A DNA stretch of 64,000 bases, taken from assembly GCF_001194135.2 (NCBI RefSeq), contig NC_068984.1, positions 37,152,828 to 37,216,827 of the forward strand, read 5' to 3'. Positions within the stretch are counted from its first letter, which is position 1. Each line of letters opens with the position of its first letter. The notes under the pieces were generated by a model. That model made no database searches. It was not told where the DNA came from and was given only the letters and a program-made list of their open reading frames with translations. Of the stretch, positions 13,413 through 26,479 are shown one piece after another. A program made the translations under genes and the position numbers. Source of the DNA: Octopus bimaculoides. Its lineage: Eukaryota.

Positions 13413-14253
13413 NNNNNNNNNNNNNNNNNNNNNNNNNNNNNNNNNNNNNNNNNNNNNNNNNNNNNNNNNNNNNNNNNNNNNNNNNNNNNNNNNNNNNNNN
13501 NNNNNNNNNNNNNNNNNNNNNNNNNNNNNNNNNNNNNNNNNNNNNNNNNNNNNNNNNNNNNNNNNNNNNNNNNNNNNNNNNNNNNNNNNNNNNNNNNNNN
13601 NNNNNNNNNNNNNNNNNNNNNNNNNNNNNNNNNNNNNNNNNNNNNNNNNNNNNNNNNNNNNNNNNNNNNNNNNNNNNNNNNNNNNNNNNNNNNNNNNNNN
13701 NNNNNNNNNNNNNNNNNNNNNNNNNNNNNNNNNNNNNNNNNNNNNNNNNNNNNNNNNNNNNNNNNNNNNNNNNNNNNNNNNNNNNNNNNNNNNNNNNNNN
13801 NNNNNNNNNNNNNNNNNNNNNNNNNNNNNNNNNNNNNNNNNNNNNNNNNNNNNNNNNNNNNNNNNNNNNNNNNNNNNNNNNNNNNNNNNNNNNNNNNNNN
13901 NNNNNNNNNNNNNNNNNNNNNNNNNNNNNNNNNNNNNNNNNNNNNNNNNNNNNNNNNNNNNNNNNNNNNNNNNNNNNNNNNNNNNNNNNNNNNNNNNNNN
14001 NNNNNNNNNNNNNNNNNNNNNNNNNNNNNNNNNNNNNNNNNNNNNNNNNNNNNNNNNNNNNNNNNNNNNNNNNNNNNNNNNNNNNNNNNNNNNNNNNNNN
14101 NNNNNNNNNNNNNNNNNNNNNNNNNNNNNNNNNNNNNNNNNNNNNNNNNNNNNNNNNTTATAACGAATAATAATAATAATAATAATGATAATAATAATGA
14201 TAATAATAAGAGAAATTAAGATAAATAGACCAGATATAGCTGTCAAAGATCAT

Positions 14254-14306
<53 letters not shown>

Positions 14307-14307
<1 letters not shown>

Positions 14308-14670
14308 TAAACGTCGTACAGTATACAATATCATGAGATTGTTGAGTGAAGATATTGTGTCTACCGGGGGTTTGTACTGTTTCTCAAGTCACAACAAAGA
14401 CCTCAGGCAGTACTTTACGCAATATGCGTGCAGTTTGCCCCTCCTAAAGCTTACTATATCCGGCCTTCGGTGACCTAACACTTTGTCTATCTGGAAGTCA
14501 AAGTCCCAGAGGATTTTTGCCTTCTCCTTTTCGTCCATTAACCTTTACCGGTGTGTGTTGATACCAAGCATTCGTAACCTCATATCCATATTACAGTGTA
14601 TAGCCAGTGCCGGTGTAGGGCATCATTGTCGTGTCTACGCTTGTACTCTTTCTACGCAAGACTTTCACAA
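14307..14670 (-). mobile_element. internally deleted R4/Dong-type LINE 3' fragment with (TAA)n tail
   Basis: EYKRRHDN..LHRHW..WYQHTP..KAKILWDFDFQIDKVLGHRRPDIV then TARILRKVL; (tta)n at 14256-14306. Confidence 0.85.
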
Positions 14671-15648
14671 ACACATGGATATACAGAATACATGCAGACA
14701 AATGTACACATATGAATACACAGACACACACACACGCACACACACACACACATACACACACACACACACACATATACATGCATACACACTNNNNNNNNNN
14801 NNNNNNNNNNNNNNNNNNNNNNNNNNNNNNNNNNNNNNNNNNNNNNNNNNNNNNNNNNNNNNNNNNNNNNNNNNNNNNNNNNNNNNNNNNNNNNNNNNNN
14901 NNNNNNNNNNNNNNNNNNNNNNNNNNNNNNNNNNNNNNNNNNNNNNNNNNNNNNNNNNNNNNNNNNNNNNNNNNNNNNNNNNNNNNNNNNNNNNNNNNNN
15001 NNNNNNNNNNNNNNNNNNNNNNNNNNNNNNNNNNNNNNNNNNNNNNNNNNNNNNNNNNNNNNNNNNNNNNNNNNNNNNNNNNNNNNNNNNNNNNNNNNNN
15101 NNNNNNNNNNNNNNNNNNNNNNNNNNNNNNNNNNNNNNNNNNNNNNNNNNNNNNNNNNNNNNNNNNNNNNNNNNNNNNNNNNNNNNNNNNNNNNNNNNNN
15201 NNNNNNNNNNNNNNNNNNNNNNNNNNNNNNNNNNNNNNNNNNNNNNNNNNNNNNNNNNNNNNNNNNNNNNNNNNNNNNNNNNNNNNNNNNNNNNNNNNNN
15301 NNNNNNNNNNNNNNNNNNNNNNNNNNNNNNNNNNNNNNNNNNNNNNNNNNNNNNNNNNNNNNNNNNNNNNNNNNNNNNNNNNNNNNNNNNNNNNNNNNNN
15401 NNTATATATATATATATATATATATTCATGCACATAAGCACACATACACATATACACACATACACACATACACACATATACATATATATATGTTTGTGTA
15501 TATTTATAACCATCTATTAATATATCTAACTAAGCATGTGTATGTAGGTTTGAGTGCGTGTGTGTGTGTGTGTGTTTGTGTGTGTGCATGAGTGTGTTCG
15601 AAAATTATATAAAAGTACAAACAAACAGAACAGACGGAAAATACATAC

Positions 15649-15752
15649 ATAGGATGTCGTTAAATCTTCAGTTATCGTTGAAAAGATAGTAGCAATTTCA
15701 CGCCTTGAACGATAATATCGACCCCTTGGGCGGCGTAAGCTTCTAGAGGCCG
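15649..15752 (-). CDS. candidate exon of an unidentified gene (ASRSLRRPRGRYYRSRREIATIFSTITEDLTTSY)
   Basis: Acceptor tattttccAG, donor TAT|GTATGT, open in one frame, contains a furin-like RSRR; no homology recognised. Confidence 0.3.
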
Positions 15753-16550
15753 CTGGAAAATAGCTAGTAAAAAATAAGGGACGAAACAAAAACTAAATAA
15801 AGATTATATATTATACAATCAAAATAATATTCGTGACGAGTGATTGGACAAGAGAAAGATACAAAAACAAATACGACAGAATGTGGATATAGAAACAAAA
15901 TGAAATAAATAAATAGAATTAGGCCTTATGCTTATAAATAAATGCATGTGTGTATGTATGTATGCACATGTATATGAAGCTATCAGTTGCATCATTGAGA
16001 AACATGTCGAAAGTATAAGAAAGTTGCCAGACAAAGAGAAACTGAGATTATGTGAATTCCAAAATGTATTCAGTTATCCTTGAAGCGAGATTCGCGACGT
16101 TACTGAGTTCGTCACGGTACACATTCCTCATTATTAGAAGTAATGTTTCCTTAGTTTGGTGCATCATAAGATTTTCATAAAAGTTTAACGCCGCGTCTTT
16201 TCTATTCACTGAAGCTTTAAATTATTGCTTATGTAGTGTAAAATTCAAGCACATTATGAAAAGCTTATATGCCGAAATAAGAAAAATAATTTGATCTGTA
16301 AAACGATTGAGACCTAATGGAGCTAGAAATAGATATTCAAGGTTCACTGCAAGAATGATGTTAGTGCATTGTTCAAAGATAACTTCAGGAACAAAGCGTA
16401 TGATTAAACCAAAACATACGCAAAGACCCAAATAGTGACACACATATGCACACTCCACGCTCACGGATATTTGCGTGTATGTGTGTATCTGCACATATGT
16501 ATGTATGATGTATGTATATATATACATATATATATGTATGTATATATATA

Positions 16551-16583
<33 letters not shown>

Positions 16584-16594
16584 TGCATGATGTA

Positions 16595-16648
<54 letters not shown>

Positions 16649-16932
16649 AATACATATGTGCAGTTACACACATACACGCAAATATATATATCTGTATGTT
16701 ATGTATTTATATGTATGGAAGTATGCATTTTTATACATATNNNNNNNNNNNNNNNNNNNNNNNNNNNNNNNNNNNNNNNNNNNNNNNNNNNNNNNNNNNN
16801 NNNNNNNNNNNNNNNNNNNNNNNNNNNNNNNNNNNNNNNNNNNNNNNNNNNNNNNNNNNNNNNNNNNNNNNNNNNNNNNNNNNNNNNNNNNNNNNNNNNN
16901 NNNNNNNNNNNNNNNNNNNNNNNNNNNNNNNN

Positions 16933-16977
<45 letters not shown>

Positions 16978-17486
16978 AATACATATATGTATTTTATATA
17001 TTTCATATATGTATATATACATAGACACATATATGTGTGTGTGTTTGTGTATGCATGTATGTCTGTATGTGTGCGTGTGCGTATGCATGCATGTATACTA
17101 GTGTAACGTAATATATTTGATGCATTGCGAATTAGAATTAGAGATGATTAGAATGCCATAATGTTACAACTTAAACATAGATAGAAATTAGAACAAACGT
17201 AAACGTTTGCCTTCAAGGAAAATACACAACCTTTTCATATCTGTGGCCTTGAACTGCTAAAGTGCTGAATCAAAGAAGTAAACGTATGTGCGCTAGGTGT
17301 TCGTTTTCATATCTATATTTCTTAATTGAGACGTTCACTACATTATTAATGTGTGCCTTTACAAATACATACATACATACGTACATAATGTATGCATTTA
17401 TATGCATGTACGATTGTGCGCGCGGGTGTTGATGTTTAAATTTATGTATGCATACATGTGTGTTAATATCTGTCGTATTTTAAAAC

Positions 17487-17598
17487 CTTATGTTAGGTCG
17501 CTCTTGACTGCTATTGGTAACATGTACAACCCCTCTCATGGTCAGGTCGTCGGCGACAGAACCGGCAACCTCAGCAAGATTGCTTGACGTTGAGGGCA
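17487..17598 (-). CDS. candidate exon (PSTSSNLAEVAGSVADDLTMRGVVHVTNSSQERPNI)
   Basis: Strong acceptor gtcttgatttacAG, only one frame open, GC-richer than flanks; donor AG|GTTTTA is weak. Confidence 0.3.
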
Positions 17599-18885
17599 CT
17601 GTAAATCAAGACAGTCAATGAGTATCTGTATATGTACACACGGATATATTTTCATATATTCATATTAGTGCGAACACGCTATATTTAAGATAGCATGATT
17701 TACATTGATTTTATATCATTGTATCATATACTCGTATAGTGTATATTTTAAAGTATTTATATCGCATGCACGTAGGAAGGGCGCTGGTAAGACATGGGAC
17801 ATGAAGGAAGCTGGAACGACAATAGAAGAAAAGGCAAATTAGAGTTATTAGGTTAAATGCAATTAGGTTAAAAAAAACGTGCATTTACAAAGCAATTAAA
17901 AATTACTACCAAAATACTCTCAATAAATTTTGACATATATATATACACACACACACACAGACACATACGCGCGCGCACACTCACACACTCTGATGCATAT
18001 TTAATACTGTCAGTGTTCCTCTATTCCTTACAGTATCATTTTAAATACAGTTGTCCTATCTATGCTTATGTGAAGTGGAAAATTAAGCACATCTCATTCA
18101 CATTATTGTCACCTATTTGATGCAAACCGAACGATAGAAGTTTATTGTTTGTTCATATATAAAATAAGGCTGTATAATCAAATTTTGTTACATACAAAAT
18201 GAAAGTGAAGTAAATCAAGCAGATATATAGATATTTAATACCAACATAATCTTAGTCCTTCGTTTTTGGATTTGGTTTGCAAGATTCTTTATGTGAGTTC
18301 GTGTGTTGAAGCATATTCTGTTGTGTCTGGGGAGAGTCATTTTCTTTCTGGAAAGAATAAGTGGAAATTTTACCGGCGAGTGTGTTAAATTGTAAGGCAC
18401 AAAAAGAAAATGACTCTCACCCGACAAAAAAAAATCTTAGTACTACTTATGTTAAAGCAATGGCCGTATCTGCAGAATTACGTCACACCAATTTGTTCCC
18501 TCATCACTTCCAGAAAAATTGCCTTTTTTAATGAAAATTTACACAGTATATTCTCCTGAATTCAGAAAAATTCATTCCTTTTTTTTTTTTTTCCTATAAA
18601 CGAGTATTTTTAAATGAAAATTTCTATAATTACCTTTCAGAGTGTGCAAATTACTATTATATGGAAATTTGGTGTGAAAATTAAAATGATGAGCATGCAT
18701 GCATGCATACACACTAAAATACATCATAAATTTTCGAAAGTTAAAGTTCCATTTTGTAGATATATGTGATGTGTGTCGGTGTGTGAATGTGCTTGCCCAC
18801 CATTTATCTTTTGTTTGTGTTTTGTATTTTTTAAATTTTTTTTGTGTCTTTTTCATATTAAATTCCTAAATAACCGTAACTTACA

Positions 18886-19531
18886 CACTCTGAAAGATAG
18901 TTTTCTGCAAGTTATGAACAAAGAAAGGCTGCTCGCATGTAATTTCCGAAACTACTCTTCCTACACACAAAACTTCTTTTCACAACAAATTTCTATATAA
19001 ACGATATCTACACCATCTGAAGCGTATTTCAAGAGTATATCTGTAAGATATATCAAATGTTCTAGACATTATGAAGAGGGAACAATATGAGGACACGCAT
19101 GTGTAGGTATGCCTAGCAACGGAATATTATTTCTTAGGAGAACGCCTTAACAGTTGATTTTAATATTAAAAAAAACACTGGTCAATAAATTCAGAATATC
19201 AATAGAAAAAAGTGTATGAAACATAAATTGTGATAGAAGTTGTAGATATATCCGAAGATGCAATGTTTGCCAGATAAAAACTCAAATGACATGCGCACAA
19301 ACTGTAGCAGGCGACGAATGCTTTGCTCCGGCCGAATCCGCAGGTTATTGTATATCATTGCGCGTGTGTTACTGGAAATCCATAAGAAATGTTTTTTTAC
19401 AGATATACTCTTCAAATACGCTTCAAATGGTGTAGATATCTTTTATATAGAAATTTGTTGTGAAAAAAAGTTTTGTGTGTAGGGAGAGAAGTTTCGGAAA
19501 ATACATGCGAGGAGCCTTTCTTCGCTCATAA
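18886..19531. mobile_element. foldback/MITE with TIRs of at least 135 bp; right end in a gap
   Basis: 18912-19046 is the near-exact reverse complement of 19396-19530. Confidence 0.75.
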
Positions 19532-21285
19532 NNNNNNNNNNNNNNNNNNNNNNNNNNNNNNNNNNNNNNNNNNNNNNNNNNNNNNNNNNNNNNNNNNNNN
19601 NNNNNNNNNNNNNNNNNNNNNNNNNNNNNNNNNNNNNNNNNNNNNNNNNNNNNNNNNNNNNNNNNNNNNNNNNNNNNNNNNNNNNNNNNNNNNNNNNNNN
19701 NNNNNNNNNNNNNNNNNNNNNNNNNNNNNNNNNNNNNNNNNNNNNNNNNNNNNNNNNNNNNNNNNNNNNNNNNNNNNNNNNNNNNNNNTATATATATATA
19801 TATCTTCCGATTGTAAAGAGATTACAAACGATGATAGAAGTCCAAATACATGTTTAAGGAGACCATATAAAGCATTTGAATTCTTTCTGTGAAGTACATT
19901 TTGAACATCCAATATTTGTGACCACAACGTGTTTTTAATCTATTAAAATCTCGCTAGAGCTCTGATCTCTGCGACTTAGAGGAGTTATACAGACTTTATA
20001 TTCTTTGCACTTAGATCAAATGAAATCCTGTGAATAGATTGTTTTCCCCCAACAGCTGGCATATTTCATTCTTATTGTTGTCAAACCAGTCTCTGTGTAT
20101 CTTTCTGTTGATTCCGAAGATAGTGCTGCCCAAATCTGATCCTTGAAATTCTTCCAAGTTCTATCAAAACTAATATCATTGAACTTGCTTTGAACAAGTT
20201 CCAATATATTTGATAGAGTTAATTTATCAACATCAATTCGCTTTGGTACTTTTCCACTGTTCATGAGAATTCTCTTCCGAACCCGAAATTTGAATTAAGC
20301 CGTATTCGTTTATGATCACTAACACAATCTATGCCGTGTAAACACATAGATTACAGACTTCCTGCAAATCAGAATTTGGAGTAAGAATAAAATCAATAAT
20401 GTGACCTTGCCTTGATTATGGATTTGTCCATGTTATTTGATACCTAGCAAAAGTGTTTAAAATGTTTAAATTAATTTCGGAGCAAAGTTGAAATGCAATC
20501 AGTTACTATTCTCATGATCAATGCCATGGCGGCCAAACGAACCCCTAATCTGAAATTGCCCGCCAGTACGAGCATTAAACTCTCCCAGAATCATAAGTTA
20601 ATTTTTCTAGGAAGGTGTAACATAATTGATATTTGGGAATGACTTGTAGATAGATTACATTCTCATTTACCTGAAGAGTTGATACATACACAGAAAACAA
20701 CCCCAAATATTTTCCAACCACAAATATTTTGAACCCAAATGAAGCTTCTGTCAAATGATCTTCACGAGAAGTGGAGTTTCTTAAGGCGTTATTACATATA
20801 CGGTGAAACTTTGCAGTTATTTAACCACAAGTTCAGTCAGACATTCAGGACAATTCGCATGATCTAGAAGCGATCTTGTATTCCAACAGCAGATGTTAGA
20901 AATGTCATTTTACCTTCAGAATAAAGTCTAGCGTTAAATCATTTTTCTTTTCTGAATTTGATGAACTGCCACCAATTGCATTTAACTAACCAGCTTAAGG
21001 GGAAAGGCAGAGTTTAGTGCAGATTTTCTAGCACATTCCAAGACACAGAGTGAATGGGTGAGCAGTGCGTCCTAAAACACGGTTTCTCGGACACAAAGAA
21101 CTACATTGAATCCCGTGAACGTCCGCGATTTCATGAGTCCTGCTTTTGAGATACATTGTCCACTAATCAACCTCGTCAACAAAACTGGCTCGTAAGATTG
21201 TCAGTTTAGTCACCGACAACCCGACCGCGCAACAGGTTGTTCTGGATTACACGCAACCGTAGTATTTTATAGTGACCTGATAATA

Positions 21286-21328
<43 letters not shown>

Positions 21329-21660
21329 GTATATATATATATATATATATATCGTGTAAACAGAGTTAGCATTTACAATAACCGACTAAGGGATAGAATA
21401 TTCGTATATAATATTGGTATACGTTTCCCATGTTATCCCCGGGCATTGGGTAATAAACTGTAGTATTCCCTACACCATTACCAGCTCACTCTTTTACCTA
21501 CGTACCTCGTAGACCCTAGTTAGAAGATTATATGCTTTTAACATATTGGGATTCTAGACTTTTTTCTATGCCATGTTTACTCGCCTTTCCTTCTTCCCTT
21601 TGTTTCTATTGTATACTCATAATTTTCACTCTGATGAACCTCCGTGCCTTAATTGGAACG

Positions 21661-21741
21661 TCCTATGAAGATGAAGAACTTTATTCTCGCACTTATTTAT
21701 AGACAGCATTTTGGCAACGGATCGGAAACGGCCGTAGGATA
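21661..21741 (+). ncRNA. degenerate hammerhead relic
   Basis: tcc-(t)ATGAAGA..GAAAC-ggcc-GTA-gga; palindromic ACGGCCGT; core C3 lost. Confidence 0.35.
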
Positions 21742-22368
21742 TGTTACGTCACCTATTTGTCATGTCATGCTTTGTATTAAAAACAATAGCTATAAATGTG
21801 ATCCAATCGATGTGTTTGTTAATCTGAGGTTTTCTCCATTTTCTCATTATATATATATATATACATATATATAAGGATTTTCTCCCTTTATGTATATGTG
21901 AATTAGTTGAAAACGGTCAATAAGTCAATTTGTATGCACGTGGGTAACTTTTAAACACCATATATAAGAAATTTTTGGAGGTATGGATAGAAAAGACAAA
22001 TGTAAGGAAAATAAGTAGTTGCTTTCTGGGGTGCTTGATTTGATGACAGATAAAAAGGAAATCAAGCATATTATAAAAACAATAGATTGTTGCGTTTAAC
22101 TATTGAAATATTGTTCGGCTCTTATTGAAGAATGAGACAGAACAAAGAGTTCCGAAACATCCTTTTTCCAAAACTCAAGATCAATTGCACACGTAACCTT
22201 TTTCAACTCACTCACATATACTTGAAAGGAGAAAATCATAAACAAACTACAATTCATGGTAATACCTGGAGGTCATGAAAGTACCCAATAAATAGTATTT
22301 ATACAAATGCTGAGTACTTTCTTCTTATACTAATACATACATATATATCCACATACAGACACACGTAC

Positions 22369-22435
<67 letters not shown>

Positions 22436-22975
22436 NNNNNNNNNNNNNNNNNNNNNNNNNNNNNNNNNNNNNNNNNNNNNNNNNNNNNNNNNNNNNNNNN
22501 NNNNNNNNNNNNNNNNNNNNNNNNNNNNNNNNNNNNNNNNNNNNNNNNNNNNNNNNNNNNNNNNNNNNNNNNNNNNNNNNNNNNNNNNNNNNNNNNNNNN
22601 NNNNNNNNNNNNNNNNNNNNNNNNNNNNNNNNNNNNNNNNNNNNNNNNNNNNNNNNNNNNNNNNNNNNNNNNNNNNNNNNNNNNNNNNNNNNNNNNNNNN
22701 NNNNNNNNNNNNNNNNNNNNNNNNNNNNNNNNNNNNNNNNNNNNNNNNNNNNNNNNNNNNNNNNNNNNNNNNNNNNNNNNNNNNNNNNNNNNNNNNNNNN
22801 NNNNNNNNNNNNNNNNNNNNNNNNNNNNNNNNNNNNNNNNNNNNNNNNNNNNNNNNNNNNNNNNNNNNNNNNNNNNNNNNNNNNNNNNNNNNNNNNNNNN
22901 NNNNNNNNNNNNNNNNNNNNNNNNNNNNNNNNNNNNNNNNNNNNNNNNNNNNNNNNNNNNNNNNNNNNNNNNNNN

Positions 22976-23016
<41 letters not shown>

Positions 23017-23021
23017 GTATA

Positions 23022-23925
23022 TTGGGTCATCCCATAAATAATACAGTTCTTTTCAGTTGCCTGAACTAAAAGCCGTAGAAGGACAGGATAAATTACCAGC
23101 ATCAACTTGCTATAAAAAGCAGGTAGTAATTTTACTTACTTATTCTTAGTACAAGCTTTGAAGAGAGCAGTTCGATTTTAACAGTTACTTTTTCAAAACT
23201 ATAATTGAAGTGACATAGAAGCGCATTCTGCATATGTTGCTTTATGAATTTAATAAAAGCAACAACGCAAAGGAATGTGCGAGGAATATTAATGCGGTAC
23301 CTGATGATTGGACAATAGGCAAAAGCCAGTGTGATCGGTAGTTCCAGAAATTCGGAGCCAGAAACTACAGCCTAGAAAACGAGCCGTGTCCTAGAAGATC
23401 TTTAGAGCTCGACGAGGTCGTCCTGCAACCCTGCTGGAACAAAAACCCATCGTAACTGTTGAGGAACAAGCAGAGAAGCTTGGATTTGGTCTTTCAATCA
23501 TTCATCGACACGTGCCATGAGAAACGTCAACAAATTGGGTCAATGAGTTCCTCACAAACTTTTCGAGTCTAATCGTGTGCAGAAAGTAAATGTGGGCATA
23601 TCTTTACTATATTTCACGTCTCATGAACAAACTATTACGAGACTGGTTACGAGAAATCTGTTCTCTATAAAAATGTCATTTAGGCCGCAATCTTCAAAAT
23701 CATTTGAACGGAAAAAATATGAATTCTGTAGAGGTCAGAACAGACATTTTTCGTCACGGACAAGTGAATTTTGGAAGAAGGGTACTGCAAGTCTACCAGA
23801 TAGATAGAAAAGCATTGTAGAAAATGAAGGAGAGTATATTTTAGATTAAAAAAGAACTTTGTTTATCTTAATTTTGAAAAATAAATGAAGTATAAAAAAA
23901 CCGCATTATTTATGCGATGGTCCAA
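23022..23925 (+). mobile_element. internally deleted mariner with both TIRs
   Basis: TIRs ttgggtcatcccataaataat / attatttatgcgatggtccaa; LLYEFNKSNNAKECARNIN.., KLGQ*VPHKL, FWKKGTASLPDR*KSIVENEGEYILD. Confidence 0.88.
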
Positions 23926-23954
23926 TGTATACGTATACATACATACATATATAT

Positions 23955-23987
<33 letters not shown>

Positions 23988-23989
23988 AA

Positions 23990-25173
23990 TTTAACACCAA
24001 TCAAATTTCATTGTGCTTTTTTTTTGTATTGTAGATGGTTTTATTTATCTAATTTAATGCTTATGTCTATCACTTTTTCAGACTGTAGTATAAATTAAGC
24101 TAAGATGCGTAACCTCACCGAGTTCGAAAAAGCGCAAATTGTTAGAGCTCGAATGGAAGGAGTTTCCGTCACCAGAAAAGCTGGACTTCTTGGTTTTTCG
24201 AGAGCTAGCATATCAAGGACTGTGACTGAATTTGAGAAGCAGAGCAAAGCCTGCATCAGGAGGCGTAAGTCCGACAGGGCTTCGAAGCTCACTGAAAGAG
24301 GCCAACGACTGTTGAATCTCCTTGTGACGAAAAATTACCGGACAACTGCCCCTAAATTGACTGCAGAGTTGAATCAACATCTGACTAGTCCAGTTTTCAT
24401 CAAAAATGTTCGCCGTGAGCTGAATAAAGCCAGATATCATGGAAGAACCACCATGAAGAAACCTCTGCCTTTTCATCAAAACATTTAGAAAGGGCTGAAC
24501 TGGTGTAGAGATCACAAGAGTTGGTCAAAAGACCAATGGAAGCAAGTAGTATTCTCCGACATGTTCACTTGTTCTCTTTTCCCCACTGCAGGACGAGTTT
24601 ATGTGTGGAGGTAGGCCGGGAAGCTTTTAATTCTGACTGCCTTCTTCCTACAGTGGACCATGGAGGAGGTTTGGGCAGCATTTTCTTGGAATTCTCTTGG
24701 TCAAATCGCTTCCCTTCGTAGTAGGACCAACAGCAATGATTATTTGAATATTTTTGGAAATCAAGTCTTTCCCATGGTCCGGACATTATTCCCCGATGGT
24801 GAGGACAGCTTCCAAGATGACGATGCTCCAATACACACCTCTCATGTGGTTGAAAATTGGTATGAGGTGCATAGTAATGAGCTACAATACATAGAATGCC
24901 CACCGCCTCAATCTCCAGGTCTTAATATTATTGAGCATCTGTGGTGCATCTTAGAGTGACAAGTTAGAAGTAGTTACCTTCTACCGTCGTGTCTGCAACA
25001 GCTGGAGCAGGTTTTGCAAGAAGAATGGATCAAGATTCCACTCAATGAAGTCAAGAATCTGTATTAATCAATTCCTAGATGCATCGAAGCTGCTCACAAA
25101 GATAAAGGAGGATCATATTTAATTCATATTCATTGAATTTAACACATGTTCCAATTATTTTGTCCAACCTCTG
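23990..25173 (+). pseudogene. Tc1-superfamily transposon, near full-length transposase pseudogene
   Basis: ORF pieces MRNLTEFEKAQIV.., WKQVVFSD, FQDDDAPIH, PQSPGLNIIEHLW; 3' TIR ccaattattttgtccaacctctg+TA; 5' TIR not seen. Confidence 0.92.
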
Positions 25174-25362
25174 TATATATATATGTGTGCGTGTGTGTGT
25201 AATCTATTTGTATATTGATTCTAAAGTGGCCCTACGTTGAATTCCACTGTTATATATTTCCAAGATCTTTACAATAGGGTTCGATCAATAAATTTACTGG
25301 AATCTGTAAAATCGATTATTTTTTCCAGCTAAGTTTCAGAACTTGTAACATGTAAAAATAAT

Positions 25363-25395
<33 letters not shown>

Positions 25396-26479
25396 CTGTG
25401 TGTGCACGTTTGCTCGTATTTGTGTGTGTGATGCGACTATGTGTTCGTGCTTATTTATATATGGGTTGTACATGGTAACATACAAACCTTAATTAAACTA
25501 TCACTCGGTGAATTTAAATAGGATATTACATTTAATTTCGCGATGAAAATTTAGACAGTGAGTTCGAATTTTCGACAAACGTTGGCTTCATCAGACAGCC
25601 TCACAAACGAAATTTCGAAGTCACTTTCTACCTTTTCTTTGTAAACATAAATCCAAATGTGTGTGGTTTTATGTATATGAATATTTGGTTTTTGTGTGCG
25701 TGTTACACATTTCTTTTAAGCAACTTTTCCATGTAAACCTCATAATTTACACGTTATATTTTCTTTCATTTTCTTTAGTAACTATTTATTATATATGCAA
25801 ATATTTTCTAGTTTCGTATATATTTGCTAAAAATTGATCGAATTGGTTCTTGTACTGAAGATCAAAAGTACCATATTCTTTGGCAACTTAACAAGAGCAT
25901 TATATATGAAACCTAAGTAACCGTACTTTTTCCTTTTCAGCCTATAGAACCGACCACATACTAGCTTTAACGATGGCTTTCCTTTCGTTAAAGTAGGATG
26001 GGAGGCGATTTAAATATTATCACGAACCCTTACAAGTAAGAATCAATAAGATTTGAAAGATATCTAGCTCTGTGAACCAGCACTTGGAGTGGCTTTCTTT
26101 TGTGCATTAAAATATTTATACTATTACTGAATATACAAAATAACTGGTCCATTTAGTTATATAATATTTGATATTATTACTGTTGGAAGAAGGGGATTGT
26201 TTGAGTCACTGGCTGAGTAAATGATTGACTATTTGAGCAGTTGTCCGATTATGATGATATCAGAGTGATTGAGGAAATTATAAATTAATTGGTAGGCTGA
26301 TTGACAGATCGATTGATTTATTGATTGAATCGAGTTCAATAATTTTGCTCGGAGTTCATTATATAGTCTTAATTTTCTTTAGTACATGCATATTTGTATG
26401 AAAATAGTTCATAAAATACATGTAGTACAAGAAAGTATTTAAAGAAGCAGAAATTAAAATGAGGATATATCTCTCAATA

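Noticed and set aside
16385-16410. RFVPEV hexapeptide also present in the 55466 candidate exon
   Set aside because: No upstream acceptor; roughly one 6-aa match is expected by chance among this many ORFs
20016-20264. 82-aa minus ORF with protein-like composition
   Set aside because: No recognised family and only medium splice sites; could be an exon or TE relic but unsupported
25940-26035. Strong plus-strand acceptor/donor pair
   Set aside because: Stops in all three frames; non-coding exon cannot be supported from sequence alone
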